The translations under genes were made by a program, and so were the position numbers. Below are positions 19,082 to 28,767 of a stretch of 64,000 nt of DNA, piece by piece. Source of the stretch: Acidobacteriota bacterium (GTDB taxonomy: Bacteria > Acidobacteriota > UBA6911 > JACQSX01); contig DASXQR010000010.1 in the NCBI GenBank assembly GCA_036507075.1, forward strand, positions 31,628 to 95,627, read 5' to 3'. The notes under the pieces are model-generated. The model was not told the DNA's origin, did no database searches, and was given only the letters and a program-made list of their open reading frames with translations. How positions within the stretch are numbered: the first letter of the stretch is position 1; each line of letters begins with the position of its first letter.

Positions 19082-19236
19082 TTCACCACAAAGGCACACA
19101 GAACACGAAGCAAGAGGCGGGGCGGGCAGAGACCGGTCAGCTTTAAAAACTCGTCGCTACGGGTCACCTTATTTTCGCTGACCGGTCTCTGCCCGCCCCG
19201 CGTCTTACTTTGTGCCCTTTGTGCCTTTGTGGTGAA
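19082..19236. repeat. Nested inverted-repeat element between convergent genes
   Basis: TTCACCACAAAGGCAC..GGGCGGGCAGAGACCGGTCAGC / GCTGACCGGTCTCTGCCCGCCC..GTGCCTTTGTGGTGAA. Confidence 0.85.
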
Positions 19237-19253
19237 AAGGCTTTTCCGAATTT

Positions 19254-19862
19254 TCAAATGAGCACGCCACGCCTTCTAAACTCCGCAAGCAACTGTTCCT
19301 CGTTCTCGAAGCGGATGCTGAAAATCCCCATGCTGCGCGCCGCAACTAGGTTCTCCTCCAAATCATCCACGTAAACTGTCTCATCCGGTCTGGACGCGGC
19401 GCGCGCCATGGCTGCCTGGAAGATTTCCGGTTCCGGTTTCATCGCTCCCACTTCGAAAGAAAGAATGGCATCGTCAAATTCTCCCAGAACTGGATATCTT
19501 GTCCGCATAAAACCAAAATGCAGCGGGTTGGTATTGGACAACAGCATCAGTCGATAACGTTCCTTCAGCGACCGCAGTGTCTCGGGTCTTACCAGCATTT
19601 CTTCATGGAAAATCGCGCTCCAGATATCCGCAAACTGCTGCGCCGTGATATCGCACAGTTTCAGGCGCGCGCAGATCTCATCAAAGAAATCCTCATTTTT
19701 CACTCTGCCGCTTTCAAAATCATTGATTCGCGGCCAGCCTCGAAGCAGGTCCACCATTTCAGCAGTGGAGTACGAGGTTCTTCCCTGCAGGCCCTGCAGC
19801 GCTAAGCGGGGATCGAACTTGATCAGGACATTCCCGATGTCGAACAAAATCGTGCGGATCAT
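19254..19862 (-). CDS. HAD-family phosphatase (YihX-like)
   Basis: FDIGNVL, LSNTN, KP.PEIF, VDD motifs. Confidence 0.9.
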   Translation of the reverse strand: MIRTILFDIGNVLIKFDPRLALQGLQGRTSYSTAEMVDLLRGWPRINDFESGRVKNEDFFDEICARLKLCDITAQQFADIWSAIFHEEMLVRPETLRSLKERYRLMLLSNTNPLHFGFMRTRYPVLGEFDDAILSFEVGAMKPEPEIFQAAMARAASRPDETVYVDDLEENLVAARSMGIFSIRFENEEQLLAEFRRRGVLI

Positions 19863-19870
19863 GGAAGGTG

Positions 19871-20551
19871 TTATACCTGACCTTCGCGTGACGGAGCTGC
19901 GTTGCCGGTGAGTGAAAACTGAATGAAGGGGATGGCCAGGCCCGACAAAAGGCGCTGCAGGGCATCAAGCTGGGATTCGAAAAAATGGTCCGCGGGCAAA
20001 GTCACTTTCAAATTTGGAGCGCCCACCCATCCTCCCAGTTCCGATCGCTGAGCCGCGCTGCTGAAAGCGTCATTCTCGGCAAAAACCAAAACCGTCGGAA
20101 GCCGCAACTGCCGCAGAAAATCAAACGCATAATGCTCGGCCGGCGGGGCGATCAGCACCAGGGCGGCGACAGCCTCGGAGCGGGCCACACTTGCTGCCAC
20201 GAAGGAGCCAAAGGAGTAGCCGCACAGTACGATCTCGGTTTGCAGCGATCGCTTCCGGGCTTCGTGCAGCACGATTTTGAGGTCATCCTGCTCGCCCCTT
20301 CCCTCGTCAAATGAGCCGCTGCTCTGTCCTACACCCCGGAAATTGAAACGGATCACATCAAAGCCGTTTTCAAAGAAAGCCTTTGAGGCGTGAAATACGA
20401 CTTTGTTGTGCATTGTGCCGCCGTGCGTCGAGAGCGGATGGCAAATGACGACCATGCGACCCGCGGGCACAGGTTGATGCTTCCATTGCACCTCGAGCTT
20501 TCCGGAAGGCGAAGGTAAGAGCAAGCTCTCAATTTTTCCGAGATGAGACAT
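19871..20551 (-). CDS. Alpha/beta hydrolase
   Basis: CHP...GGTMHNKVV, RFNFRGVG.S.G, GYSFG, ADHFF. Confidence 0.9.
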   Translation of the reverse strand: MSHLGKIESLLLPSPSGKLEVQWKHQPVPAGRMVVICHPLSTHGGTMHNKVVFHASKAFFENGFDVIRFNFRGVGQSSGSFDEGRGEQDDLKIVLHEARKRSLQTEIVLCGYSFGSFVAASVARSEAVAALVLIAPPAEHYAFDFLRQLRLPTVLVFAENDAFSSAAQRSELGGWVGAPNLKVTLPADHFFESQLDALQRLLSGLAIPFIQFSLTGNAAPSREGQV

Positions 20552-20570
20552 GTCACGTTACCGGTTTCCG

Positions 20571-20799
20571 GGCGCGCAAGCCTGGATTATTCACAAATCT
20601 CAACCGCCAAGAACGCTAACAGCGCTAAGAAAAGCGCCAAGGACGGGGGCTGAAACTTGAAGTATGAAGGCACCACGCATAGGCTTGACGCGGTTGATAA
20701 CTTTCATACTTCAAGTTTCAGCCCCCGTCCTTGGCGCTCTCTTGGCGTTCTTGGTGTTCTTCGCGGTTAAGATTTGTGAATAATCCAGGTTTACGCGCC
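20571..20799. repeat. Long inverted-repeat element, copy 2
   Basis: CCTGGATTATTCACAAATCT..AAGGACGGGGGCTGAAACTTGAAG and its reverse complement; homologous to 12526-12719. Confidence 0.9.
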
Positions 20800-20811
20800 T
20801 GGCAGCCAATG

Positions 20812-22335
20812 TTATCGTGCCGCGCTTCTGCCGGCGGCGGCCCGGTCCCTGTTTGAACGGGCCAGGTGGCTGTGCTTCCTCCCATAACCGAAGTAAATCA
20901 GAAACCCGAGTCCCAGCCAAACTATCAGCCGCAGCCAGTTTTCCGCCGGCAGCGAGAACATCAGCAGCATGCAGGTCGCCATTCCCATGATCGGAACAAA
21001 GGGAACCAGCGGGGCCCGGAAAGGCCGCTCCGCTTCGGGATGCTTGCGACGCATGATCAAAACCGCGGCGCAGACCATGACAAAGGCCAGCAGCGTGCCG
21101 ATATTTACAAGCTGCGCCAGTATCCGCAGCGGCAGAAATGCGGCCATGATGGCGACAAATATTCCGGTCAGGATGGTTGATTTCCATGGTGTTCGGAAAC
21201 GCTCATGGACCGCGCCGAAGAAACTTTCCGGTAGCAGGCCGTCTCTTGCCATCGCCAGAAAGACTCGGGGCTGGCTGAGCATCATCACCAGCAGCACGGA
21301 TGTGATGCCCGTGAGCGCTCCCAGGGCAACCAGGTACTGTGCCCAAGGCAGACCGACCTGCTTGAACGCGTCCACCACCGGGGCATTGATATCTATCTTG
21401 TTGTAGGGGACCATTCCCGTCAGGACAGCCGCGACGGCGATGTACAGCACCGTGCAGATCAGCAGAGAGGAAATCAAGCCGATTGGAACGTCGCGTTGCG
21501 GCCGGCGTGCTTCTTCCGCGTGCGTAGAAACCGAGTCAAAACCAATGTAGGCAAAAAAGATGATGGCGGCACCGGCAAGCATGCCCAGCGGCTCACCCCC
21601 CGCATCCGCCTTCCCGAACAGGGTCTTCCCAAAGAAACTGATCCCGGTAAGGCCATAGGGAGCGAAGGGATGCCAGTTTGCCGGGTTCACGTACCGGATG
21701 CCTACCACGATCACAAAGATAACGATCGCCAGTTTCGTGATCACCATTCCGGCATTGATGCTGGCGCTCTCTTTGATGCCAATGACCAGAATCATGGTCA
21801 CCAGGCCCGCGATGATGATGGCGGGCAGATCAAAGTACGTCCCCGTTGCCACCAGCTTACCCTGCACCGGATCGTAGTCGAAGGGCGCGGTAGAGAAGAC
21901 GTGAGGCACCTTCCAGCCGAATACCTGGATGAACTCCTGAAAGTGGGCCGACCAGCCATGCGCCACCGTCCCTGACGCCACCGCGTACTCGAGAATCAAG
22001 TCCCAGCCGATGATCCATGCGAAGAGTTCTCCCATGGTGGCGTAGGAGTAGGTGTAGGCGGAGCCCGCGACCGGCACCATCGAGGCGAACTCGGCGTAAC
22101 AGAGGGCCGCAAACACGCAGGCTACTCCGGCGGACACAAACGACAACATCAGAGCCGGACCCGTTTTGTCATGCGCGGCCTGCCCTGTCAGTACGAATAT
22201 GCCCGTACCGATGATCGCGCCCACCCCCAGGCCCGTCAGTTGCACCGGACCCAGTACTCTCCTGAGGCGGTTCTCTCCTCTCATCTCCTCCAGCAGCAGA
22301 GCCAGTGGCTTCCTGCTAAAATATTGGTTGGCCAT
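20812..22335 (-). CDS. APC-family amino acid permease
   Basis: GAIIGTGIF, LCYAEFAS.VP.AGSAY.Y, FFAYIGFD.VST.AEE. Confidence 0.95.
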   Translation of the reverse strand: MANQYFSRKPLALLLEEMRGENRLRRVLGPVQLTGLGVGAIIGTGIFVLTGQAAHDKTGPALMLSFVSAGVACVFAALCYAEFASMVPVAGSAYTYSYATMGELFAWIIGWDLILEYAVASGTVAHGWSAHFQEFIQVFGWKVPHVFSTAPFDYDPVQGKLVATGTYFDLPAIIIAGLVTMILVIGIKESASINAGMVITKLAIVIFVIVVGIRYVNPANWHPFAPYGLTGISFFGKTLFGKADAGGEPLGMLAGAAIIFFAYIGFDSVSTHAEEARRPQRDVPIGLISSLLICTVLYIAVAAVLTGMVPYNKIDINAPVVDAFKQVGLPWAQYLVALGALTGITSVLLVMMLSQPRVFLAMARDGLLPESFFGAVHERFRTPWKSTILTGIFVAIMAAFLPLRILAQLVNIGTLLAFVMVCAAVLIMRRKHPEAERPFRAPLVPFVPIMGMATCMLLMFSLPAENWLRLIVWLGLGFLIYFGYGRKHSHLARSNRDRAAAGRSAAR

Positions 22336-22410
22336 CCGTTAACCTCCGCGTCATTGACAGCGCCCAAGAATATCAGTGGGATATCGCGCTAGCAAGCGCG
22401 GATCATCGCC

Positions 22411-23250
22411 ATGAAAATCATTGACACGCATCGGCACCTGTGGGATCTGGATCTGTTCTCGTACTCCTGGTGCAGGAACATCCCCGCTCTGAATCGCAGC
22501 TTTCGAATGAACGATTATAGGGAAGCGATTCAGCACCTGAACGTAACCAAGTCCGTTCATCTGGAAGCCGATGTGGATGAACCCTGGATGCTTCAGGAGA
22601 CACGGCACATTCTCGCGCTTGCCGCACAGGACAACCTCTTGCAGGGAGTGGTGGCCTGCTGCCGTCCCGAGAAAAAAAGTTTCCGGGCATACCTGGATCA
22701 AATCGCAGGCGAGCCGGCATTAAAAGGAGTTCGCCGCGTACTGCACACCCAACCCGACGAGCTATCGCAGAGCAGTCTATTTATCGAGAATATTCGCTCT
22801 CTCGCCGATTATGGCCTCTGTTTCGACATTTGTGTGTTGGCCCGCCAGCTTCCATTGGCTTTCCAGTTGGTCCGGGCATGCCCGGACGTTTCTTTTATCC
22901 TGGACCATTGCGGCAATCCACTGATCAGGGAAGGATTGGCGAAACCGTGGCGCGCTCAGATGGGCGAGATGGCTTTGCTGCCCAACCTGGTTTGCAAGAT
23001 TTCGGGAATTGTGACGAACGCGGATCTAGACCACTGGTCTACCGAAAATCTGCGTCCCTATGTAGAGCACGTGCTGGAGCGCTTTGGTTGGGACCGCGTG
23101 ATATTTGGCAGCGATTGGCCTGTGTGCACCCTTGCCGCAAGCTTGACGGAATGGGTCGAGGCTTTGATGAAAATCACCGGAACGGCTTCTCTGCAGGATC
23201 AGGAAAAACTCTTCTGGCGCAATGCGGAGAGAATTTACCGGCTTGGCTAG
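22411..23250 (+). CDS. Amidohydrolase family protein (L-fuconolactonase-like)
   Basis: IDTH.HLW, G.R, LDHCG.P, KISG, FGSDWPV. Confidence 0.9.
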   Translation: MKIIDTHRHLWDLDLFSYSWCRNIPALNRSFRMNDYREAIQHLNVTKSVHLEADVDEPWMLQETRHILALAAQDNLLQGVVACCRPEKKSFRAYLDQIAGEPALKGVRRVLHTQPDELSQSSLFIENIRSLADYGLCFDICVLARQLPLAFQLVRACPDVSFILDHCGNPLIREGLAKPWRAQMGEMALLPNLVCKISGIVTNADLDHWSTENLRPYVEHVLERFGWDRVIFGSDWPVCTLAASLTEWVEALMKITGTASLQDQEKLFWRNAERIYRLG

Positions 23251-23265
23251 GAGAACCCAAAGAAT

Positions 23266-23382
23266 CACCACAAAGACACAGCCCGGCCGCTGGCTGCAAC
23301 CAAAAAGCCGTCGACGTGCACGTGAGCCTCCTCGGCTTTTTCTTTGGTTGCGGCCTACGGCCGGGCTGTGCCTCTGTGGTGA
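23266..23382. repeat. Nested palindromic element between convergent genes
   Basis: TCACCACAAAGACACAGCCCGGCCG..GCAACCAAAAGCCG / CGGCTTTTTCTTTGGTTGC..CGGCCGGGCTGTGCCTCTGTGGTGA. Confidence 0.85.
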
Positions 23383-23391
23383 AAGAGTCAA

Positions 23392-24453
23392 TCACTCGCG
23401 CCAGGCAAAGGCGACTTGCTCAGGCATTTCCGCATTTTTGTCTTGCAGCAGCTCCTCGCTGCCGCCTCTTTTACCGGCGGCGCCCCGCGGAGGCATGCCG
23501 TGACGCTGCTGCAGCATTCGCACAATGGATTGCACTTGGGCAATGTAGCCCTTTGGCGCGTATTTCTTTGCGTATAAAGTTTTGTACTTTGGCAATAACT
23601 GGGGAAACTCCGTATTCAGAAAGCGGAGAAAGTGATCGCGCGTGCCGCCTTCCAGATAAAGCACATTGGCGCCGACAAAACGAGCCCCGTGCCGCGCGAT
23701 CTCGCAAATGGTGCGCTCCAGTTTGGAGCGGTTAGAAGTGATGCCGGGCACGATTGGCGCCATCAGAACGCCGGCATTCACTCCCGCATTCACCAACTCG
23801 CGCACCGCTCTCAAGCGCTGCAAGGGATGTGCTGTTCCCGGCTCCAGCCTCCGCCAGGCTTCTTCGTCTACCGTGGGGACGCTGAAGTAGACGGTGCACC
23901 CGGCTGCCCGGGTAAGGTCGGCCAGCACATCACAGTCACGTACAATCATCGGCCCTTTGGTAACCAGACCGACGGGAGTATGAAAATCGCGCAGAGCTTC
24001 CAGCGACCGCCGGCTCAGTTTGTAGTGACCTTCGATGGGTTGGTAAGGGTCTGTGGCCGTCCCGAACGCTACCAACTCCCGGTTCCATGAGGATTTCCGG
24101 AGCTCGCGCCGCAGGACGTCTGTAAAATTCGTTTTTACCAGAATCAACGAGGAGAACTCATCTCCCGGGTTTAATTCGAACTGAGTCTGATATCGCCGGG
24201 CGAAACAGTAATGACAACCGTGCGTGCACCCCCGGTAAGGGTTGAGCGTCCAGCCAAAGGGCATTCCTTCGACCCGGTTAAGAGCCGAACGACAGACCAC
24301 TTCCTGGTAAGAAGCATCGTCGGATCGGTGGACGGCACCCGTCAGGGCGGCAACTCCACCTTCTTTTACCAGCCGCGCAATAGTGCGCGTGGTTGGCTTT
24401 TCGGAAGCCAGGTCAAAGAGAAACGGGGTTTTTTGGGTCCGGTCCGGCGGCAT
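23392..24453 (-). CDS. Radical SAM protein, Rv2578c/SplB-like family
   Basis: NPYRGCTHGCHYCFAR, TDPYQP.E, LEPGT..P..RL. Confidence 0.9.
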   Translation of the reverse strand: MPPDRTQKTPFLFDLASEKPTTRTIARLVKEGGVAALTGAVHRSDDASYQEVVCRSALNRVEGMPFGWTLNPYRGCTHGCHYCFARRYQTQFELNPGDEFSSLILVKTNFTDVLRRELRKSSWNRELVAFGTATDPYQPIEGHYKLSRRSLEALRDFHTPVGLVTKGPMIVRDCDVLADLTRAAGCTVYFSVPTVDEEAWRRLEPGTAHPLQRLRAVRELVNAGVNAGVLMAPIVPGITSNRSKLERTICEIARHGARFVGANVLYLEGGTRDHFLRFLNTEFPQLLPKYKTLYAKKYAPKGYIAQVQSIVRMLQQRHGMPPRGAAGKRGGSEELLQDKNAEMPEQVAFAWRE

Positions 24454-24561
24454 TACCACCTTTTTTTCACCTCTCTGGTCATTGTCCTCCCAGACGCACA
24501 TTCGAGTCAAGCTGTCTCTGGCGCAGGTAGTGATCTGGCTTGTGCCCGTCGAGAAAAAGAC

Positions 24562-24680
24562 TTCACCACAGAGGTTTAGCGCGGCAGAGCCGCAACCAAA
24601 AGTCAAGGAGAGACGGCCTGAGGGCCGTCTCTCTGCGGTGCCCTGCCAAGCTGAGACGGCCGTCAGGCCGTCTCTCCGCT
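24562..24680. repeat. REP-like inverted hairpin pair with GCCGCAACCAAA module
   Basis: GGAGAGACGGCCTGAGGGCCGTCTC / GAGACGGCCGTCAGGCCGTCTCTCC. Confidence 0.7.
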
Positions 24681-24780
24681 CCCGAATGATTTGCGCAGGC
24701 CCCGAAAATTCTCAATGGTGCACGCCAGGAGAAACTGATAGAGACGGGCGGGAGAACAAAGTAGCCGATAGGAGGTCCGA

Positions 24781-26151
24781 ATGAAATACGACGCGATCGT
24801 GATAGGGTCCGGTCAGGGCGGCAATCCTCTTTCCCACAAGCTGGCCGACCTTGGCTGGACGGTGGCTTTGATCGAGAAAGAACATCTGGGCGGCACCTGC
24901 ATCAACACCGGATGCACCCCCACCAAGACCATGGTGGCCAGCGCTCAGGTAGCCCACTACGCGCGCAACGCGTCTCGCTGGGGCGTACACACGGGCGACG
25001 TCAAGGTCGATCTGCCTGCCGTTGTGGCCCGCAAGAACAAGATCGTGCAGTCATTCCGCTCCGGGCAGCAGCGCCAGGTGGACGCGCGCAAAAAACTGCA
25101 CCTTCACCACGGGCAGGCCCGATTCACGGGTCCCCATCAGATCCAGGTCGGAGAAGAAAGGCTGGACAGCGAGCGAATCTTTATTAATACCGGCACCCGT
25201 CCTGACATTCCCCGCCTTGCCGGGCTCGATACGGTCGATTACCTCACAAACGCGAGCGTCATGGAATTAAGCGAGATTCCGGAGCATCTCCTTGTAATCG
25301 GCGGTGGTTACATAGGCCTGGAATTCGGCCAGATGTTCCGGCGCTTCGGAAGCCGCGTCACGGTCGTCCACCGTGGTGATGTCCTTCTCGGACGCGAAGA
25401 TGCCGATGTCGCACAGGAACTGCAGAAGGCGCTCGAGAGCGAAGGGATGCACTTTGTGCTCAACTGCCGGACGACTCGCGTCGAGCGCAAGAACGGGCGC
25501 GTCAACTTGGCTGTGGAGACCAGCCAGGGATCGGAAGAAATCACAAGCTCGCATCTGCTCATCGCCACGGGACGCCGTCCCAATACCGACGATCTCGGAC
25601 TGGACCAGGCTGGAATCGCGACCGATGAGCGCGGTTTCATTCATGTCAACAATCGACTAGAGACCAATGTGCCGGGTGTCTGGGCGCTGGGGGATGTCAA
25701 AGGCGGACCGGCCTTCACCCACATCTCCTACAATGACTTCCAGATAATTTACGGGAATTTGATCGAGGGCAAAAACCTGAGCATCAAAGATCGATATGTG
25801 CCGTACTCCGTCTTCACGGACCCGCAACTGGGTCGCGTCGGCCTCACGGAAAAAGAGGCGCGAGCCTCAGGCCGCAAGCTCAAGATGGGAACCAACCGAA
25901 TGGAGCGCGTCGCTCGCGCCATTGAGCGCGATGAAACAGCGGGCATGATGAAGCTCCTCGTTGACGCGGAAACCGACAAGATCCTGGGCGCCGCCATACT
26001 CTCCACAGAAGGCGGCGAGCTGGTTCAGATTCTTGGCGCCCTCATGCTTGCCGGCGCGCCGTACACGGTGCTGAAAGGGGCGGTTTACATACACCCGACA
26101 TTGGTCGAAGGATTCTTTGGACTGATGGATAGCGTAAAGCCGGCGAACTGA
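24781..26151 (+). CDS. Class I pyridine nucleotide-disulfide oxidoreductase (RclA/YkgC-like)
   Basis: GSGQGG, GGTCINTGCTPTK, GGGYIGLEF, HPT; no C-terminal Cys-Cys. Confidence 0.9.
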   Translation: MKYDAIVIGSGQGGNPLSHKLADLGWTVALIEKEHLGGTCINTGCTPTKTMVASAQVAHYARNASRWGVHTGDVKVDLPAVVARKNKIVQSFRSGQQRQVDARKKLHLHHGQARFTGPHQIQVGEERLDSERIFINTGTRPDIPRLAGLDTVDYLTNASVMELSEIPEHLLVIGGGYIGLEFGQMFRRFGSRVTVVHRGDVLLGREDADVAQELQKALESEGMHFVLNCRTTRVERKNGRVNLAVETSQGSEEITSSHLLIATGRRPNTDDLGLDQAGIATDERGFIHVNNRLETNVPGVWALGDVKGGPAFTHISYNDFQIIYGNLIEGKNLSIKDRYVPYSVFTDPQLGRVGLTEKEARASGRKLKMGTNRMERVARAIERDETAGMMKLLVDAETDKILGAAILSTEGGELVQILGALMLAGAPYTVLKGAVYIHPTLVEGFFGLMDSVKPAN

Positions 26152-26166
26152 AAGGGCAGGGCCGGC

Positions 26167-26982
26167 TCAGCTTCTTGGTTGCGGCCAAGCCGTGTGGCTC
26201 TGCAGTGAATTTTTCGCGCGTTGTGCCGCTCGCGGCTCTGTGAGTGCCGGCGATGAAAGTGCGGCGAATTCTCTCATCGCTTTCCATGCCTCGCGGCGAA
26301 CCACCAGCGACGGGCGTGCCAGGCGCAGCCGATCTACAGCCGCTTCTACGGTCGTGGCGAAGCCATTTGCCAGCAGATAAGCGCCCAACACTGCCGCACT
26401 GCGTGAATACCCGACCTTGCAGTGCACATAGACCGTGCCTCGATTCGATTGTTCGGCAATGAAGGCCACCGCTTCCCGTAACTGGTTCTGCGTCGGACCC
26501 GTCAAGTCGAGAATCGGAATGTGTCGGCGCGTGATCTCCAGGAATGGCGACGACTCCGAAAACTCCGCGGTCAGATCCAACACAGACGTTACTCCGTGGC
26601 GGAGAGCTTCGGCGGCCTCCTTATCCGTCAGCTTGCGCCCCATCCACACTCCCGGGATAACGACATCCCAAGGACGACATTGACGCCGGTAGTACGCGAG
26701 GGAGAGCTGCTGGCCAAAAAGATAGGGTGCGAGCAGGATTCGTCCGCTGAGCGGCAGGTACCCTTCCTTCTTCCGGAAGACTTTCGCGCCTGCTCCACAG
26801 TAGGCCACCGTCACCACAGCCAGCGAGAGAGCCGGCCAGAGAAAGATCGCCGTCCAGGGTCGCCCGAGAAAGGCCAATCCACACATTGCCAAAGTTCCGA
26901 TCGCATAACAGGCTGCCACCGTGACGCTGCCAGGCAGCAGCGACAGAAACATCGACGCCCTGGCCGCTGATAAGGCCTTCAT
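26167..26982 (-). CDS. YnbD-like dual-specificity phosphatase, apparently lacking the PAP2-like N-terminal domain
   Basis: VHCKVGYSRSA P-loop, VLDLTAEF; ATG overlaps the ynbC-like stop. Confidence 0.8.
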   Translation of the reverse strand: MKALSAARASMFLSLLPGSVTVAACYAIGTLAMCGLAFLGRPWTAIFLWPALSLAVVTVAYCGAGAKVFRKKEGYLPLSGRILLAPYLFGQQLSLAYYRRQCRPWDVVIPGVWMGRKLTDKEAAEALRHGVTSVLDLTAEFSESSPFLEITRRHIPILDLTGPTQNQLREAVAFIAEQSNRGTVYVHCKVGYSRSAAVLGAYLLANGFATTVEAAVDRLRLARPSLVVRREAWKAMREFAALSSPALTEPRAAQRAKNSLQSHTAWPQPRS

Positions 26983-28739
26983 GTCCGAATTCGCCGAGCA
27001 GCGGATACAGTGAATATTCCCCACCGATCAATTTCCTGCGAACTTTTCACGAACCCTGCGGCCCGGACCAGTTCATCCATCTCTGCCTGCGTGCGGCGAC
27101 GCATTCGCCAGGGCTTCCCTTCACGATTGGTCAGGACACCCGCGATGAAGTTCAACTGCGGATGCCAGGGTTGATTGGTGTAGATAAGATGCCCTTCGGG
27201 TTCGATCGCGTCCGTGAGCCCATAAAGCGATTCGAGCACCTGCCGGTTGCCCGGAAACAGCTCGTACAGTCCCGACACGATGCCGATCGTGGATCGAGGC
27301 ACGGCAGCCGCCAGAGAGGCGCGGTCGAAGGCGTCGCCCTGAAGTGTGATTACGTTTTCCAGACCCAGTTCGCGAGCCAGCCGGCGCGCCGCGTCAAGGT
27401 TTTCCGTCTTATAATCGCACAGTACTGCCGTAATCGGAATGTGCCTGAGCTCCTGCATGGTCTGCAAGATGTAACGCCCCGGGCCTGAAGCGACGTCGAA
27501 TATGCGGACCGGCCGGCCGGCAGCGTGCGTAGCCAGGATGGCATTACGCAGCGTCTTTTGAAGATGATTGCGGCGCTGACGGATGCCTCGCCATCCGACG
27601 CTGTTCAAGTACGCGCGATCGATGGAACAGCCGAGCGGCGTCACCCCCTGCGGCCTGTTGTCATAGACGTAGTCGAGTGTCATCCCCGAGTCGAATCCCG
27701 TCCGCCATCCGAGTCGAATTCCGGCGCTCAACCGGCCGACGGTCTTCAGGGCAAAGCGCATCGCAGCGTACGAGACGCGCCTCTCGCGCCGAAGACAGTC
27801 GTACTCGGCTCTGGTGTAGCCATGTTCATCGGCATCGAGAAGCGACGCGTGTCCGTTAGGTCTCTGGAATTGTTTGAGCATGAATTCACGGAGAACCGCG
27901 ATCAGGCGACGGCGATCCTTCTCGTGGAAGACCGCATGATGAAAGCCGCGAAAGATCAGCAACTGTTTGCTATGCGATGAGAGCCCTTCCAGGAACTTCT
28001 GCTGGGCCCCAAGCTTCACAATCCAGTCCGAGCCGGCGCTCACCATAAGAGTCGGCACCGTGATCGCGCCTGCATCCGACAGCAGGCGCGTGGAAGTATC
28101 GTGCAGGTCCAGCAGGACATTGACGGCGATCTGGCGAAAGATAAATTCGTCGTCCTGGTACCGCCTGGCTTCCTCCAGATCGTGCGTCAGCATTCTCGCT
28201 TTTACGTAACTCTTTACGTAACCCGGCCCCAGCAGCTTCTGCCGCAAACGTAAGAGCGTCACCGCGAAGGGGAAGTACAATTTGACGCGAAACGCCGGCG
28301 TCGCCAGGATCAGGGCGCGAATCGGCGGCGCATAGTCATGCACCCACGCGGCGACTATCACCGCGCCGACGCTATGCGCCATCACAATCATGTCTTCCGT
28401 TGCGATTCCATACCGCTCTGAGACATGACGCACAAAATCATCCACGTCCTTGACCAGCATGGACAGGTTCACGGCCGAGCCTCTTTCACCTGATGAACGC
28501 CCGTGCCCGCGGGCATCCCAGGCGAAAACAGCCACATCGTCGAGTGCAAGCGCTTCCACTGTCTGCTGCCAGCGGGCAGAGTGCTCGTGCCCGCGATGGA
28601 ACAGCAGAAGCGCTTTCTTTGCGCGCATTGACGGAAGCCAGACACGATAAAACAATTCCCCACCATCGGGAAGCGCCAGGGTGTGCTCTGTTTGTCGGAA
28701 GGACGTTGCCCTGTTCGGGCTTGTTTCAACTTCGATCAT
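26979..28739 (-). CDS. YnbC-like bifunctional alpha/beta hydrolase / SAM methyltransferase
   Basis: HRGHEHS, WDARGHG.S.G.RG, AHSVG, GFDSG.TLDYVY.N, YTNQPWHPQL, RRRTQAEMD. Confidence 0.9.
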   Translation of the reverse strand: MIEVETSPNRATSFRQTEHTLALPDGGELFYRVWLPSMRAKKALLLFHRGHEHSARWQQTVEALALDDVAVFAWDARGHGRSSGERGSAVNLSMLVKDVDDFVRHVSERYGIATEDMIVMAHSVGAVIVAAWVHDYAPPIRALILATPAFRVKLYFPFAVTLLRLRQKLLGPGYVKSYVKARMLTHDLEEARRYQDDEFIFRQIAVNVLLDLHDTSTRLLSDAGAITVPTLMVSAGSDWIVKLGAQQKFLEGLSSHSKQLLIFRGFHHAVFHEKDRRRLIAVLREFMLKQFQRPNGHASLLDADEHGYTRAEYDCLRRERRVSYAAMRFALKTVGRLSAGIRLGWRTGFDSGMTLDYVYDNRPQGVTPLGCSIDRAYLNSVGWRGIRQRRNHLQKTLRNAILATHAAGRPVRIFDVASGPGRYILQTMQELRHIPITAVLCDYKTENLDAARRLARELGLENVITLQGDAFDRASLAAAVPRSTIGIVSGLYELFPGNRQVLESLYGLTDAIEPEGHLIYTNQPWHPQLNFIAGVLTNREGKPWRMRRRTQAEMDELVRAAGFVKSSQEIDRWGIFTVSAARRIRT

Positions 28740-28767
28740 GACAATACTCCTCGCCTGCGACGCGCGA

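Noticed and set aside
24781..26151. Mercuric reductase merA
   Set aside because: No C-terminal Cys pair, no N-terminal HMA domain, no mer genes.
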